A stretch of DNA of 64,000 nt from Eledone cirrhosa (taxonomy: Eukaryota), in NCBI GenBank assembly GCA_964016885.1, contig OZ024741.1:373364001-373428000 (forward strand). The letters run 5' to 3'. Position numbers and translations under genes: made by a program. Of this stretch, positions 50,093 through 64,000 are shown in pieces. The notes under the pieces are model-generated. The model was not told the origin of the DNA. It was given only the letters and a program-made list of their open reading frames with translations, and did no database searches. How positions within the stretch are numbered: position 1 is the stretch's first letter; the number at the start of each line of letters is the position of its first letter.

Positions 50093-51719
50093 ATAAACAC
50101 CAATGCATTGTAAATGAATTTAGTAGATGGGAACTTTGTGAGAGCCTGTCATTTATATGTATGCATGTATATGTGTGTGCATGTGCATGTGTGTGTATAT
50201 ATGTGTATATATATGTGTGTGTATGTATATATATATGCATGTATGTATGTGTTTGTGTATGTCTTTAGTTCTGAAACACAGTTACATTAGTGAGCCTCTA
50301 CCATACTAAAAAGTATGGGTTGGCATTGGGAAGGGCATCCAGCAGTAGAAATTTGCTTTGTATAATGCAGGATGTTAACACAAGGCATTAAATAAACACT
50401 TTAAAAAAAACTGCTTTGTGTCATAAAACCAGAGGTAGTTTCAAGTAGTTTGGTGCACAGACAGTTAAACACCAAGTATGAGTGGTAAGTCAAACGTTTT
50501 ATTGTCGTAAAAAATTACAACAACATAGGTTTTCTGACTTGTCTAATTTCAGGATGTGATAACCCAGGGAAAATAAACATAAAACAGGGTTGCTGATGAT
50601 GATAAGGCTTTTAACCATAAATTTGCATTATATCCACAGACTATATATTACAGCATAATAAGCTGTTAACCAAGTTTGAAAATGCTCCCTCCTGAAATGA
50701 TCTAAAGTCCTGTGTGACAGGGAAATGAGGAATGTGAATAAGCAACACAACTCTAATATAAGTATGGACAAATGATCGATAAAGTGAATGCTATGCAAAC
50801 GTTTCTTCTAAAATTTATATCACCAGTGAAATTCTCCTGATAGTTCATGCAAAACTAACAAATGGGAAGTCACCGAGGAAAGACCTAATATTTGGATACC
50901 TGTATAGAAAGCTCAGGTTTTACAGGAAAGAGCTCATCAAATTGTTAAAAAAAATCAATGAATGTCGAATTTGATATGTGAAACTGGCTGACAGTTGAAG
51001 GGACAGCACTCATACTCCCAAACCAGGAAATTATGGGCTCATAGCATTCTTAACCCTTTTAATACCAAACTGTCAGAAACTACCTATGGTTCTACAATAC
51101 AATTTTTTTTTTTTTAAAGCATTCCATCATAATTATACTTAAGCATTTTGCTATGTTCCAAACACCAGCTTTATAATTTGAAAATGAGTGATTTTACTAA
51201 ATCCTCCAAATTCTTAACTCTTTTGATACCAAACTGCTTAAAACTGCCTCTGGTTTTCTAGAAAACTATCCATTTACAAGGTCCCTATTTAAATTAATAT
51301 AAACCCCTTTTTCTTATGTTACAAATACCATAGTAATACATTGAAATATTTTTATTCAAACCCTCTAAATTCTCCATTGATTAATTCAAATACAGAATAT
51401 ATTTTATCAGAAATTTGGTAAGGAAAGAGTTTCTATCTGCTATAATCACGACTATTTACCCTTTTCATGCCAACTTGCCTGAAACCATTCCGAGTTTATG
51501 ATACACCACTGCTCATTTTAAAATGTTTTTCTTTACATTACAACCTTCCATTGTAATTTCATTTAAGAAAATGTTGTTAAATAATGTTTCAAACATCAAC
51601 TTACTAATGAAATGGTTATCTCATTAAATTTTAAAAATTTCAAAATTAATTGAATCACATAGGCAGTGTATTTCATAAGAAATATAGTAGCAAAAGTGTT
51701 AAAAGACTGACAACCACAT

Positions 51720-52560
51720 GGTCCATACACCTGTAGTCATAAACAAAATTAAGTTATCAATAGGAATGTTCCAGGATAAGAGCTTGTATCTCCTGCTGTT
51801 CATCTAAGAAGTGAATCCCTTATCAACCCTGTTGAGGAAATGACAAGGCTATCATAAGTTCTCTAGAGGAGAGATAAATTAATGTCACCTATATCGTTTT
51901 GATAAGATGAATCTGTGTCTAGTTAAAATCCACAATATTAAGGAACAGTTAGAGTTGGTCCCAATATTCTCACAGTTTTTAGGGTTTTTTTATTTTTTAT
52001 TTTATTACTTGTCTTACAAGCTCTTTTTTTACTAACTGTAAGGAGTAGTTGATACTTCCCCTAGTTGGCAGGGCTTACTAGTTCTATACGGACATTTAAA
52101 TTAAATAAATAAAGTCATGTCTAGTTAATATCCACAGTATTAAAGAACAATTAGAGTTGGTCCCAACATTCTTATGAGACCTAAGATAAAGTCATGTCTA
52201 GTTAATATCCACAGTATTAAGGAACAATTAGAGTTGGTCCCAACATTCTTATGAAACATAAGAGAAGATTTGATCAGGATTATATGTACACACTTGGTAG
52301 TCAACCAAAGGATATAGATATCAATAGACTGTCTATCTCACTTATCTTCAATGACAAATGCTACAATTATATTAGAATTGATGAGAATGTTGCATATATT
52401 GGTGCTGTATGTAAGCCTAGAGCAACAAAGGAATACTTCAACAGATGCCACAATGTATGGAAGTCAGAACTGCCTGATTTTAATAAATCTATAATCCCAT
52501 ACCACTTTTTGCAGTATTAGTACCACTTGCATCTATTATAATATGACTGTTGGACCATGT
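51720..52560 (+). mobile_element. Highly decayed R4/Dong-like non-LTR RT relic with ~78-bp internal duplication (52111-52255)
   Basis: Remnants resembling GIFQGD.LSPLLF and KEYFNR...WKSEL..FNK. Confidence 0.4.
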
Positions 52561-52809
52561 AACAACAGATTTGCATATTAACCTCACAATATTAGGGTTT
52601 TTCAAAGAAACAATAAAGTTAACTGACTTTCCTCCTCTAAATACAAATAAAGAAACCTTGTCCTAGCTTAAATTTTGGGAAGAACTTAAAAACTTTCAAA
52701 AAAACGAAAATAAAAAAAATGCACACAGTAGAATATCAGTTCACAAATTTAATTCATTCCTGAAGGCCATTCGGTTTTCGGGCCAACCCTTACCTTTCGT
52801 CCTGAATCT

Positions 52810-53085
52810 TGGATAATAACCAAAAGAATATGATCACAAATACTAGCGGCTGAAATGGGATTTCTCTGAAGGGTCTTTGGAGTAATGGTTACTAGATAAA
52901 GTTCATAGCTTGGAGATCAGAGAGTCACTCCAAATAGAGCTGCTACTTCTCCAAATTGAGAGATCACAGCTCCGAAACTATGGGCATGTAGTTAGAATGT
53001 CTCAGGAAAGAATCGATGGACAGATTTTATGGGCAAACCAATCGGTAAGAGACTGAGGGGTAGACACATGAGCTTGGCTGGTCAC
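52810..53085 (+). mobile_element. RTE (Rex3/Expander-like) C-terminal fragment
   Basis: ILAAEMGFL..LDKV..LEIRESLQIE.LLLQIERSQLR..GHVVRM; minus-strand homolog at 56520-56900; tail piece at 40222-40345. Confidence 0.7.
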
Positions 53086-53544
53086 ACAATACTAAAAAGA
53101 TAAAATATAGACAAATATTTTATGGATAGTGACCTTGTAACGTAAAAAAACCCCACACAAAATACAATGAAATTCAAAAGAAGGCATAGGGAATTTGAAC
53201 AGGGATGTGCACTGAGCATAAAATACACAGAAACTGAAGCTGTCTTCCCAATATTCCCAGTTTGTTGCCAACCATTGTTACCGGCTTGCGTATTCGTCAA
53301 AATTTGCAAGACATTCTTGCGATTAAAGGGATGACAATTTCTTTTCTTTTACAACCTTACCACCAGGAAGGAGGCCTGTCAAAAAAGTCCTCGGAATTAA
53401 AAGAGAACACACACACATACATACATATAGATATGGTTAAAAGTATAAGTGTCATGGCTATAAATGTAGTATACAGTAAAGTTACCACATATATGATGTA
53501 CATGTATAATCTAGACTAGCTCAACATATCTTATGTACAAGCTA

Positions 53545-53900
53545 AAGCATGACATCCACTCTGTAAGGTTGTCATATAGAATCATGACAAATGCATCCTG
53601 TCCACCTTGTAAAGTGGATGTACTGATGCAATGACAAAAGGCACCCTGTCCACCCTATAAGGTGGCTGTACTGGTGTTATGACAAAAAGATCCAGTCCAC
53701 CCTGTAAAGTGGTTGTACTGGTGCCACGACAAAAGGCACCCAGTCAACCCTATAAGGTGGTAGTGTTGGTACCATGTAAAAAGCTGTAAGGTGGTTGGTA
53801 TTAGGAAAGGCATCCCAATATAGAAAAACTAACCAAAAATGGTGTGTATGCAAGACACAGTCAACAGACATGTCTGGCTTCATATCATGACAGCTCATCT
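53545..53900 (+). mobile_element. RTE-type 3' UTR with tandem ~47-bp units
   Basis: Repeated ccaccctgtaaagtgg..ctggtg..acaaaa units followed by the shared tail. Confidence 0.65.
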
Positions 53901-54250
53901 ATCCCATGGTATGGTAAGGACCTGTAACTCCTGTGGGAGTCATAGGGGCACCATATTGGCATACAGCATTTCTAGGGAAATTTTTTAAACCTGGCAGAGC
54001 CCATTTCTTCTCCAGGCTGGAATACAGTAGATTTTTTCCAGTGAAAGATAGAGAGAATGAGAAAAAGGAAGTGAGAAAGAGATATAGAGGAAGAATCGAC
54101 CACCAATACTTGACCAGTACTTTTTTTTTATCGACCATTAATGGATGAAAGGCAAAGGCGGGATTTGATCACAGAGAGTAGAGAGACAAAAATGAATGCT
54201 ACAAAGCATTCTATCTGATGTTCTCATGACTCTGCCAATTTGCCACCATT
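53900..54250 (-). mobile_element. SINE variant with a distinct tail (homolog at 58130-58400)
   Basis: Shared ctggcagagcccat..ccagg..gaaagagatatagaggaa segment adjoining the SINE core. Confidence 0.55.
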
Positions 54251-55048
54251 TCATCTAACCCATACTTGCATGGAAAATAGATGTTAAACAGTGGTGATGA
54301 TGATGATGAAACTGATTCATATAACTGAATCTTGTGAATCAACACACCTTAAAAATGTTGCCATCAACACAACTCTAAATAGTGATTCATTACTAATAGT
54401 TATATGGAGTGAGATAGAATTAGTATTCATGAAACTATTAGAAGGTTACAACTAATGAATTCTCCAATGGTCAACAATAACTCATCTGAAATTCAAACTT
54501 TGGCAGAAAGAACAGATGAATATCAAAGTCTCTTAACACTCCACAAGTGATTTAAGACAATACATTGCAATATATTGTCTAACACTCCACCCATGTCCTA
54601 ACACCCCACCCTCATCTTAACATTCAACCCACATTCTAACACCACAACCACGTCCTAACACGTACCCACTCCACATAGTACAGTGGTCAAATTGGTGGCA
54701 TGAAAAAAAGTGCACATCCCACACTATAAAGTTGTCGAGTAGGTGTCACAACAAAAAGTACCCAGTAAAATAGTCAACTAGGTGTCATTCCAAAAGTACC
54801 CAGTACACACTGTAAATGTGGTTGGTGTTATGAAGGGCATCCAGCTGTAGAAACCAAGCCCAAATCAGTTCTGTATGAGTAAGACATGGTCATCTAACCT
54901 GGCTTGTCTCACAATGGGACAGCTCATCTAACCCATGCTAGCATGAAAAAATGAATCTTTAATGATGATGATGATGATAACTGCAATAGACAAGTAATTG
55001 TTTGAAAAACAAATTATTACAAATAAATAAAATTAGTACTAGATGTAA

Positions 55049-55399
55049 TCTATATATAAATTTGAGCGACTTCCGTCCATCCATCACACAATGTGTGTAT
55101 GTGTTTGTATGAATGTATGTATGTGTAAAAGGAAGGAAGGGGATTGTGAAAAAACTATAGCAAAACAGCGACTGGCATGCGATTTGCTATGCTGTGTGTG
55201 AGTGTATGTGTATGTTTGTGTAAATGTATGTGTGTATTTGTGTGAATGTATGTGCGTGTTTGTGTGAATGTATGTGTGTGTTTGTGTAAATGTATGTGTG
55301 TGTTTGCGCATTTATATTTATACACTTATACATATAAATGTATGCATATGCACATCCACAGATGCACACACACATCAACGTGTTGAAAAAAAATCCTAG
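55049..55399 (+). mobile_element. Possible non-autonomous Helitron
   Basis: A|TCTATATATAAA start, internal (TG)-rich repeat, small hairpin tcaacgtgttga then CTAG|T. Confidence 0.45.
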
Positions 55400-55937
55400 T
55401 AAATAAAATCACACTGAGGTGAAGTGAGTTTGTAAGTTGAAAAATAAAATTATTTTTCTGTGAAGAAATATTTCACAGATGTTCAGAGTTATGAAATATA
55501 AAAGATAATACAGAAAAAAAAAAATGCCTTCCTATACAAACAGTGAGGCACAAAATATAAATGTAGTGAGTGACTGGATGTTGCAGTGTTGCTGGTCAAA
55601 TAGAGATGGTATGAGGCTTGAGAGGATACTTTAGTCTGGATGGGCATGTAACAACCTCTCTAGTGTTGGTGCCATGTTAAATGCACCCAGTACACCCTGT
55701 AAAGTGTGAGTGTTGCTGCCATGAAAAACACACCCATTACACTCTGTAAAATGATAATGGTAGTGCCACGAAAAGACATACCCAATGCACTCTGTAAGGT
55801 GGTTGGCATTAGGCAGGTGATTGGCTTCCAACCATAGAAACCATAGTAAACATGAACAGTATGAAGATGTGTTGATCTGATTCATCAGATCTTAGACCAT
55901 GACAACCTGTCCAAGTCAGACCAACATGGAAAGCAGA

Positions 55938-56165
55938 TGATGGTGGTGGTGGTGATAGTGATGCTTCTGCTGCTGCTAATGATAATGATGATAGTGGTAG
56001 TGATGCTTCTGTTGCTGCTGCTGATGATGATGATAGTGAGGATGGTAGTGATGCTGCTGCTGCCAATGCTGATGATGTTTGTGGTGGTAATGGTGGTGGT
56101 GGTGCTGTTGACAATGATGATGGTTGTGGTGATGCTGATGCTGCTGATGGTGAAGATGATGGTGA
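55938..56165. repeat. (GAT/GGT/GCT)n compound trinucleotide repeat
   Basis: Direct inspection. Confidence 0.9.
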
Positions 56166-57169
56166 ATACATTCACAAAACATTGTAAACATATAAATAAA
56201 ATATTAGAAAATCAGTTTAGAGACATATTTCTTATATCTTTAAACAATAACAACTGAAACAACAACAACAACAACGTACAGCCATAGTTAAAGAACTCAA
56301 ATTTAAATCTACATATTTTAAAAAACAAATGCTGAGCAGCTTGTTTGACGGGGAACCTAAATGACTATATCATAGCTTCAATGTAAACAATACAATTGCT
56401 GTAAAAGACACTCCATTAAAAGAACAAGATGAAAGCCAATGGAAATCTATAAGGAAAAGAAATAAGTTCAGCAGGTAAATTGTATAGATGAAAGTAATAA
56501 ATCAGGTTGACTGCAAATATCTTCTTCGCCCAACTATTCCTGAGAGGCTTGTGAGGGCAGAGTCCTCAGACACTTCTTTCAGCAGTTCTTGTCAGAAGCA
56601 ACTGTTTCCAATTGATCCAGTTGGATCCCCAAGCAAGACCAGTGCTTAGGGTCTACTCCTGGGTCTCCTGCCTGTTGGTTTTGCCCATAAAATCTGTCAA
56701 GAGATTCTTTCTTGAGACATTCTAACCACATGCTCATAGTATCGGAGCTATGATCTCTCAAATTGGAGAATTATCGGCTCTATTTGGAGCAACTCTCTAA
56801 TCTCTTAGATACACACTATCGAATAACATTACTCCAATGATCCTTGGGAAGAACCCCATTTTGGCCACTTGTATTTGTGATCATATTCTTTTGGTCATTA
56901 CCCAAGTTGATACAAATACCAAATTGAAGATAGTGAGTTTGGCTTTTACACCTACCTCTCTTCTTCTGATTACCGAATGCTGAAGCTGGCACATTACTGC
57001 ACCAGCTCTTGCAATTCAGGTTAACTGCAAATATATTGCACAAAAACAATATGAAACTAATACAATATTAAAACAATAACAAATAGAAAACTCCAAGGTT
57101 CTGATATTACAACAGAAGATTGGCTTGAGAATATCACTTTCTATCACCAGGATTTGATTTTGATCTGAA

Positions 57170-57390
57170 TTGACAAGATCCCAGACCTCATTTGCTTACC
57201 GAGTGGGGTGGAACTCACCAGATAGTACCAAGGAAATAATGTTTCCATTGGTCTTTCCAATTGCTGACACTATTTACCTATCACAACTTGTGGCAGAAGG
57301 AGGTAACATGAAAGGATATAATACATCAGCTGGTCTGGGAATTAAGCTCACAATTGTGAATTCAACTTTCTAACCACTAAGCCACATGCC
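57170..57390 (-). mobile_element. SINE family with ccaaggaaa..atgtttccattggtctttcca body (also 60865-61075 and 62500-62700)
   Basis: Three homologous copies, each leading into a reversed tRNA-like head. Confidence 0.65.
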
Positions 57391-59914
57391 TTTTAAAGGA
57401 TTTGATAACATTGTATAAATAGAGTGTCAGGGTTATATTAGATATTTCTTAATGGCTACTAACAGCCATGGCGCTTCACATTTAAAAAAACCAGCCAACT
57501 CAATGAGGTTAAAATCACTGCCCAATAGCTAATTGAAACATTCAAGAACAAATATACACTGGGCCCCTCAATCTGATTTTTACAATCATTGTGGCACCAA
57601 TGAAGCTATAAAAATTAGCAAACAAGGGGAGGAAGGGAATGTGAGGTTGTATAGAGCTGCTGCTAACCAACATATATACATACACATGTACATGAATACA
57701 TACATACATATATACATACATACATGCATACATACATGCATACATACATACATGCATACATACATACATGCACACACATATATAATGGCTGCATCTCAAT
57801 TTCAAGAATTGTTATTCCTTGACTTTTTTCTCATACATAGGTGGTGCGAACATGACCTTTTGCCCTTCCAAGGACTTAGATTCTTTTTTCCATATGCTAC
57901 AGCATGAGAAAAAGAAAACACTATGCTCACGTAACACAAATGAAAGCTATTTCAATCAAGTGATGCCTGTACTTGAAACTTTTTAACTGAAGAAAGGCCT
58001 TGGACTGAACCAATCCCACTCTCTGAACAATGGTGACTGGTATCCAAAATGAACAGGTCAAACAAACAAACAAAATACCTCTGTTGAATTAATGGACTGT
58101 AATTCTTGATGAAGTTGGAGTAGTGTAATGACATACAGCGTTTCTTGGGCATTTTAACCCTGGCAGAGCCCATCCCCTCCCCAGGTTTGAACACAGCTGA
58201 TTTCTTCCAGAGAAGGAGAAAAAGAGAGTGATAGAGAGGGAGTAAGAAAGAGATATAGAGGAATTATCGACCTCATTGCTAGATTGGTACATTTTTATCG
58301 ACCATAAATGGATGAAAGGCAATATTGACTTAGGTGAACTCAGGGTACAGAGACCTGGAACAGATACTGCAAAGCATTCAAGATGGATAGAATACATGAA
58401 TTTAAATGAAATGTTAAAAAGATAGCGAGTGATAGAGAGGAAGTGAGAAAGAGATATAGAGGAAGGAAGGACCCCAGGTATATTCTATCGACATCAAAAG
58501 AATGAAAGGCAAATTTGACCTTAGTGAATTTTGAACTTAAAGTACAGAAAATAAGAACAACTGTTGCAAAGCTTTCTATTTGATGTTCTAATGACTGTTG
58601 CAGAGACAGCAACCAGAAAATAACTGTGATTATTATACCTGTGGTTATTGGAGCAGTTAGTTATGTAACTAAATGACTCATCACCAACAAGCTGAACTTC
58701 AGATAATCAGACTAATTGGGTAATTGCAACTACAAGTCATTAAAAGTATCGTGAAAATATGTAAAACATTTCAGAAGTTTAGCCTGCAATATGTAAACAC
58801 CCCTAGACTTTGAGGCACACAAATAGCATGTGTATACATACATACATACAAACGCACACACACACACACACATACATGCATATATACAATATATGCATAT
58901 ATACATACATAAATACATACACATACATGCTTATATAGATACACATGGTGGCTGCCAACTCGTTTTCGAGTACGGCCACTACTTTATATGTAGGAGAACC
59001 CCTACCGATGCGCTGAACGAGTGTGAATTTTTAGTCCAGCCAGCGACTTGAAAACTCTGGTACAAACGCTACACTTGTGACAATTATTGACACATAGTGC
59101 TGGGCCCATGGTACCATGTGATGACAAGTGCAGAGAGATCTCCAGATATAAAGCAATGCCTGTGCCGTGAAGCTTTTATAGTGAGGAAAGGCACTGCACA
59201 AAGCCAGTCCCACTCTCTTAACCAAGATGATATTTACCAAAAAGAAGAACAAGTCAACATCATTGGATACCATCAGGGTTGCAGGTGTTATATCAGAGTT
59301 TTCCTTCTCCTAGACTTCTGCCTTGACAAAGGCTAAGGGGTCATCTCTCCCGGTGATTTTGGATGGCCATTGACTCTTAAGAGCTCCTTTGCCCTTTGAC
59401 AGGTTTTTTTAGATACACATATATACATATAAACATACATACATGCATACATACATACATATATACATGCATGCTTGCATGCATACACACACACAGATAC
59501 ATACATACATGCATATATACAAACATAAACACACATACATGCACATATCCATACATACATATATACGTATATACATAAATGCATACATGCATATATATAT
59601 ATATATACATACATTCAGTCATTCATATACTTTGTGTGAACAGACTCGTGGGAAACAAACTTATTGAATTATATGTGAATAGTATGTTCAACATTAATGG
59701 CACAGCTATCAGCTTTGTTAAACAACTGGTTATACTTCTGAAAACATTCAATGAAAAAAAAACAACCTTTTATTTCAGATGGGAGAAATATTCATCTGAA
59801 ACCTTAATTCACCATGCTACAAATAAGGGAGCTGCATATGACAACATTAACAGTACTAAAGAAGAATCAATAGAAGACAACAAGTACCATAAGTAAATAG
59901 GGTGTTGTTTTTTA

Positions 59915-59946
59915 GTAGTAGTATGGTGGTGGTAGTAGCAGCATTT

Positions 59947-59979
<33 letters not shown>

Positions 59980-60073
59980 ATGGTGGTTGTGACAATAGTA
60001 GTAGTGTGGTGGTAATAGTAGCAGTAGTAGTAGTAGTAGTAGTATGGTGGTGGTGATAGTAGCAGCAGCATTT

Positions 60074-60105
<32 letters not shown>

Positions 60106-60135
60106 GGTAGTGGTGGTGGTGCAAGTAGTAGTAGT

Positions 60136-60174
<39 letters not shown>

Positions 60175-60372
60175 ACAGTAGTAGTAGTGTAGTGGTAGTA
60201 ATAGTAGTGGTGGTGGTGGTGACAGTAGTAGTAGTGTGGTGGTAGTGACAGTAGTAGTAGCAGCAGTAGTAGTAGTAGTAGTAGCAGCAGTAGTAGTAGC
60301 AGCAGCAGCAGTGGTGGTGGTGACAGTAGTAGTAGCAGTGATGTAGGTGGTGGTGATGGTAGTAGTAGTAGT
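59915..60372. repeat. (TAG/TGG/CAG)n compound trinucleotide repeat
   Basis: Direct inspection. Confidence 0.95.
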
Positions 60373-62699
60373 AAACTGCCAGGAGTTGCAACTGGTAGAT
60401 AGTATCAACAATTAAAAAGGCCATTAAGAACAGTTTCCTTTGTCGAATCCCACGAATTTCAAGCCACTCAGTAAGTGAATGAAGTCTGGGATCTTGTCAA
60501 TCAAACTCTATGCTAGTAGTAGAAAAAAACTCAAATCATGCAGCATATTTTTCTTATAGTTATGTACTCAATAGGAAGGAGAGTAAAAGATAAAGCCACT
60601 TCGATCATGACTGGCTATGGTTTTTACTCTTATCCATGATTTTGTGACTATAATTCTCCCTCTTTGAGACCCAAGCTTAGGCAGGATGTTTTCTGAAAAA
60701 CCAGCAGTGAGTCAGGCATAGAAGTCATTCCTCTCTATGATACAGATGTTATTCAAGTAAATATAAAAGTTGATACTGCATTGCAGTTCATTTTTTCCAT
60801 TTTTTCAAGTGAACTGGAGCAATGTGAAATATAAGAGTCTTTTATATATATATATATATATCGATCGACTTGCGTCAAATTGGACCGAGGAAACAATGTT
60901 TCCATTGGTCTTTCCAATTGATAATACTCTCTATCGGTTGCAACTCCAGGTAGAAGGAGCAATGTGAAATAAAGTGTCTTGCTCAAGGACATAATGCATC
61001 ACCTGGTCCAGGAATGGAACTCACAATCTCACAATTGCGAATCCAATTCTCTAATCACTCAGCCACACGCCTTCACAAAGGGTCTTACTTAAGTACACAT
61101 CACACCACTTGGTCTGAGAATTGAACTCATGAACTTTGATTGTGATTTCAGAATATTTATCACAAAGACACATGACTTCACTAAACTTAATAATGGTTTC
61201 TGATTTAGGCACAAGGATAATAGATTAAATCAACCTCAGTATGTTACTGGTATTATTTTATCAACTCCATAAGGATGAAAAGCAAAGCTAACCTCAGCAG
61301 AATTTGAACTCAGAACATAAATGGACATAAATATATGCTGCAAAGCATGTTGTGCGATCCTCTACTGATTCTGCCAAACCACCACCCGTTGTCAATAATA
61401 ATGGCAATACCATTGAGTGTATTTAATTTTTAGAGTCCAGGATTTGGTGGCATTTGAACTCAGAATGTAAAAGGCCATAACTATATTCTTTAAGGCATGT
61501 TATCCGCTGCTCTACCGATACTACAATCCATACTAATGGATATAAAACAATATATTTAGCAGCTACATATTTAGTGGTAAGGATATAAGGGCTCATGTCC
61601 TTTCTATCATTTTATATACAGGATATATATACCAATCTGTTTGGACCAATGTATTACTGAACATGGATTCTTTGGTAAAGAATGCTGTTATATAATTTAT
61701 ATGTTATACATGATCCTAATATCTGGGGCAATAGAAGAGTGCAAAATTATCTTAAAATTTAACCCTTTTGTTACCATATTTCTAATGAAAGTCACTACCT
61801 ATAATTTTCAAATCCTTCTGTAATTCTTTAGACTATCAAGCATCAATATTAAATCTATTTAGCAATTATTGTTCCACCATGGTCACAATCTAATAGCCAT
61901 GACTAGTGAAAGATTATATTGTCAGACTGATTAACCTTTCATTAGCATATTTCCTTTTGAAAATAATCAAGAATTTGGAGAGATTTAGAAATATAAGTAA
62001 CCTTTTCATTATTAAGCAGATATTTGAACTATAACTTAACTAGCGTTCTTACATAAAACTGTGATGAAAGATTTTAAATAAATACAAACATGTTAAAATA
62101 AACAGTTACTTTTAGGTGGTTTGGTATCAAAAAGGTTAATGGAGGAATGGTTATGTAAAAGATGGCAATAAGAACAAGCTCTTTTTCTTTACAACCATGC
62201 CACCAAGTATGTGATCTATCAAAATATACTTTAAAACTACATAAGGAAAAAAAAACACGCACACACAAACACACATACACATGCACACTTGCATATATAT
62301 TGTTTTATTCTTTTATTTCAGTCATTGGACTCCAATATTACTGAGGCACCGCTTTGAAGTGGTTTAGTCAGTCATATTGACCCCAGTACTCATTTCTTTC
62401 AAGTCTGGTACTAATTTATTGATCTCTTTTTATTGAACTGCCAAGTTGTGGGACATAAACAAACATATAAACAAATGATCAATCGAATTAATCAATCAAT
62501 AAGTTCCCAGACCTCATTCACTTACTGAATTGGGTGGAACTTGTCAAATCAAACCAAGGAAATGATGTTTCCATTGGTCTTTCCATTGCTGATACTATCT
62601 ATATGTTGCAATTCCTGGCAGAAAAAGCAATGTGAAATAAAGTTTCTTGCTCAAAACACACAATACATTGCCCGGTCTGGGAAATGAATTCTCAACCTC

Positions 62700-64000
62700 A
62701 TCATTGTTTAACGTCTATCTTCCACGATAGCATGGGTTTAGATGGGAATTGTCCCACGTGAGGCAAGATTGGTTCTCTTGCTCGTATAGGACTGTCTGGC
62801 GGGTTTTCTATGGCCGGATGCCCTTCCTAACACCACCCATGTTTACAGTGTGGACTGGGAGGTTTTTACTGTGTTACCTACACAGCCACATTACAGCGTG
62901 GACTGTGTGTTTTTTAATTGTGACACCTACACAACCTTATTTATTTAGGACTGGATGTTGTGGGACCAACATAACTTTACAGAGAAAGGGGTGGTGTAGA
63001 TGAGGGTGAGGGTAGGGGTAGTGGGACGGGGGTCTATTTTTGGTTTGGAGGTGCCTACTGTCTGTGGGTTTCACTTTGTACTTAGGCAAGGTGGGTCTTC
63101 TGTATTACTACGTAGTGCCAAAGATCTCGGTCCAGTGACATTGTCTTGGAGAGGTGTAAGTGTGTAATGTCAGAATTTATCAAATCGTCCCAGGTTTTTC
63201 TGGGTCTGCCTACTCCGTAGCTTCCATCTATTTTGATCGCCTTGCACTTTTTTATACAGCTGTCATCTTTCATTCGCATCACGTGACCATACCAACGTAG
63301 TCTTCTCTCAAGTAAACAGCATCTGATCCCTCTTATTCCTAATTTCTCACTTAGTTCGTTTATGCTTTGCCGTTCATGTATATTACTATTACACATCCAC
63401 CGAAGCATGCAAGCTTCGTTCCTCTCCAGTCTGCGCAGATCCTCTGCACACAATGCCCAGGTCTCACTGCCATGTAACATTGCTGTTCGTATGCAGGCAT
63501 CATACAGTCTGCCTTCCATTTTTAGGGAGAAACCTTTAGCAGCCAATAGTGGTATAAGCTCTCTGAACTCCCGTTCTGACTCTGACTACTGTACTTTCAG
63601 AGCACCCAACTGCTGATTTTGTCACTGAGGTAACGGAAGGTATCCACTATTTCTATAGAACCATCTGGGCAATGGAAGGAGCTAGTATCCTGTGGGCACT
63701 TGCTACTACATATTGCACCTGAGCACCAGCCACATATAAAATCTATGTTCTTAGTTAGCTTACCTGTGATCCCACTACATCTTTTATGCACTCATACTTT
63801 GCATTTGGGACATAAAATGGAATTTCTGCCTACTCCTTTCCTACACACTGAGCATGGCCATTTCCCAGAGGGGACCAGTGCCCTATTTTCCTTCCTACAT
63901 ACTAGAACTTTAGTCTTAGACAAGTTAATTTTAAGGCCTTTTGATTCTCGGCCATGCTTCGAAGTTTGGAATTTCTTCTTTAGTTCAGCCATTGATTCAG
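62700..64000 (-). mobile_element. RTE-clade LINE, runs off the window end
   Basis: GLKINLSKTKVL, IEIVDTFRYL, LHGSETW, RLRWYGHVMRM, GRPRKTW motifs; shared 3' UTR. Confidence 0.92.

Noticed and set aside
59290-59355. Possible ribozyme in an RTE 5' UTR-like segment (gagttttccttctcctagac..)
   Set aside because: Resembles an RTE 5' UTR remnant from memory, but I could not build an HDV-like or HHR fold
59809-60424. Thr/Tyr/His-rich ORFs
   Set aside because: Trinucleotide repeat translations

Overview
AT-rich, repeat-saturated eukaryotic DNA. The repeat content (RTE LINE tails ending in (GAT)n, tRNA-derived SINEs, long (TA)n tracts) suggests an octopus/coleoid cephalopod genome, which is an inference. 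No host protein-coding gene can be called with confidence, and most long ORFs in the track are microsatellite artefacts. Recognisable elements: one near full-length but disrupted Penelope-like element (PLE; RT + C-terminal GIY-YIG, 13061-16316); several RTE LINE copies, one family with a PHD-finger-pattern insert inside the RT and one with three C-terminal C2H2-like fingers; two inverted non-autonomous DD37D mariner copies; non-autonomous Helitrons; TTAA (piggyBac-type) MITEs; CR1/L2 and R4/Dong-like relics; many SINEs. The most striking structure is a set of about a dozen short, mutually divergent inserts in or beside (TA)n tracts between 0.6 and 28.5 kb. They carry type I minimal hammerhead ribozyme (HHR) motifs and are mostly built as fold-back inverted repeats whose turning point lies at or just upstream of the ribozyme, often in stem II. 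Several also share a downstream GAGTRCTCT-like motif. They look like a PLE-dependent family of ribozyme-bearing palindromic mini-elements. All folds and alignments were done by eye and no database search was possible.
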